Source: Bigelowiella natans CCMP2755
Taxonomy: Eukaryota; Protista; Cercozoa
Direction: 5' to 3'
Length of the DNA: 52,280 nt
NCBI GenBank assembly: GCA_000320545.1
Contig: ADNK01000623.1
Location: 1 to 52,280 of the forward strand
The notes beneath the pieces are model-generated. The model searched no databases and was not told the DNA's origin. It worked only from the letters and a program-made list of their open reading frames with translations. This document shows, piece after piece, positions 51,410-52,280 of this stretch (the first letter of the stretch is position 1; the number at the start of each line of letters is the position of its first letter). The position numbers were made by a program, and so were the translations under genes.

Positions 51410-52043
51410 AAAAGCGCATTGCACTGAGGTGTGTGCGTCAGGATTGTGTTCTGGCGGACCACGCTCGAAAGGAGTGTCAAAGTGAAGAAAACTGGTGGCA
51501 AAAATTGACCAGGGAATTTTTCAGGGTGAAGATGATGACGATTTGGGGCTGGGGCACAAGGTCACAGGGACAAAGGTGTGGAATGAGGATCAGGAACAAG
51601 GGTCAGGGAGAAGGGTTGGGACAGATGTTGGGGACAAGATAATAGACACAGCAAGAGTTGGGGACAGGTGTTGGGGACAAGAGTTGGGTGCAAGGGTTGG
51701 GGTCAGGGTCAGGGTTGGGGCTGGGGTTGGGGTCAGGGTCAGTTAGAAAAAAGCATTGCACTGAGGTGTGCGCGTCAGGATTCTGTTCTGGCGGACCACG
51801 CTCGAAAGGAGTGTCAGAGTGAAGAAAACTGGTGGCAAAAATTGACCAGGGAATTTTTCAGGGTGAAGATGATGACGATTTGTAGGCTGGGGCGACAGGA
51901 GTCACAGGGACAAAGGTGCAGAATGAGGATCAGGAACAAGAGTCAGGCAAAAGGGTTGGGGACAGATGTTGGGGACAAGAGTTGGGGACAAGTGATGGGG
52001 ACAAAAGTTGGGTGCAAGAGTTAGGGACAAGAGTTGGGCACAA
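51410..52043. repeat. Subtelomeric tandem duplication (~337-bp period), each copy ending in ~13-bp gagtt(a/g)gggacaa units and telomere repeats
   Basis: gcattgcactgaggtgtg...ctggcggaccacgctcgaaaggagtgtca... starts at 51416 and again at 51753. Confidence 0.92.
51694..51746 (+). repeat. Internal degenerate telomere tract (TTGGGG/TCAGGG)
   Basis: TTGGGG TCAGGG TCAGGG TTGGGG CTGGGG TTGGGG TCAGGG TCAG in 6-bp register. Confidence 0.9.
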
Positions 52044-52280
52044 GGGTTAGGGTTAGGGTTAGGGTTAGGGTTAGGGTTAGGGTTAGGGTTAGGGTTAGGG
52101 TTAGGGTTAGGGTTAGGGTTAGGGTTAGGGTTAGGGTTAGGGTTAGGGTTAGGGTTAGGGTTAGGGTTAGGGTTAGGGTTAGGGTTAGGGTTAGGGTTAG
52201 GGTTAGGGTTAGGGTTAGGGTTAGGGTTAGGGTTAGGGTTAGGGTTAGGGTTAGGGTTATTGGTTAGGGTTAGGGTTAGG
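52044..52280 (+). repeat. Telomere (TTAGGG)n, ~39 units
   Basis: GGTTAG array running to the end of the window, with one variant at ~52259-52261. Confidence 0.99.

Noticed and set aside
51960-52043. CRISPR-like appearance of short spaced repeats
   Set aside because: These are eukaryotic subtelomeric ~13-bp tandem units with no unique spacers and no cas genes.
52034-52267. (RV)n ORF and other subtelomeric ORFs at 51367-52024
   Set aside because: These are translations of the telomere and of TA-depleted repeats.

Overview
This is a eukaryotic (protist) nuclear chromosome end: AT-rich, intron-dense, full of microsatellites, and terminating in a (TTAGGG)n telomere at 52044-52280. The style suggests a chlorarachniophyte or other rhizarian, but that is inference only. 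Manual splicing gives about 12 genes: the 3' end of TAF5, a low-complexity protein with an Edc1/PNRC-type motif, a stand-alone TYW4/LCMT2-type Kelch propeller, ARPC3, a large unknown multi-exon gene, a small membrane protein with an SHP box, ZNF593/Bud20, a histidine phosphatase, an extended SDR, a PITH protein, an IBTK-like ANK-RCC1 protein and a secretory GT60 GlcNAc-transferase. There is also a hidden LCL3-like staphylococcal-nuclease pseudogene. Main finding: localized patches (the pseudogene island ~9.5-11.4 kb, a MITE-like element at 24.5-24.9 kb, and the subtelomere) have lost almost all TpA dinucleotides through TA->TG/CA transitions, while CTAG is spared. The direction is shown internally by telomere repeats changed to TTGGGG/TCAGGG, by reciprocal TG/CA differences between duplicated copies, by Tyr->Cys codons and by a probable TAG->TGG splice acceptor. 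This looks like an 'inverse RIP' targeted hypermutation (or base-modification) system acting on silent or repeated DNA. Gene orientation alternates strictly, and CTAG-rich spacers follow the 3' ends of convergent gene pairs.
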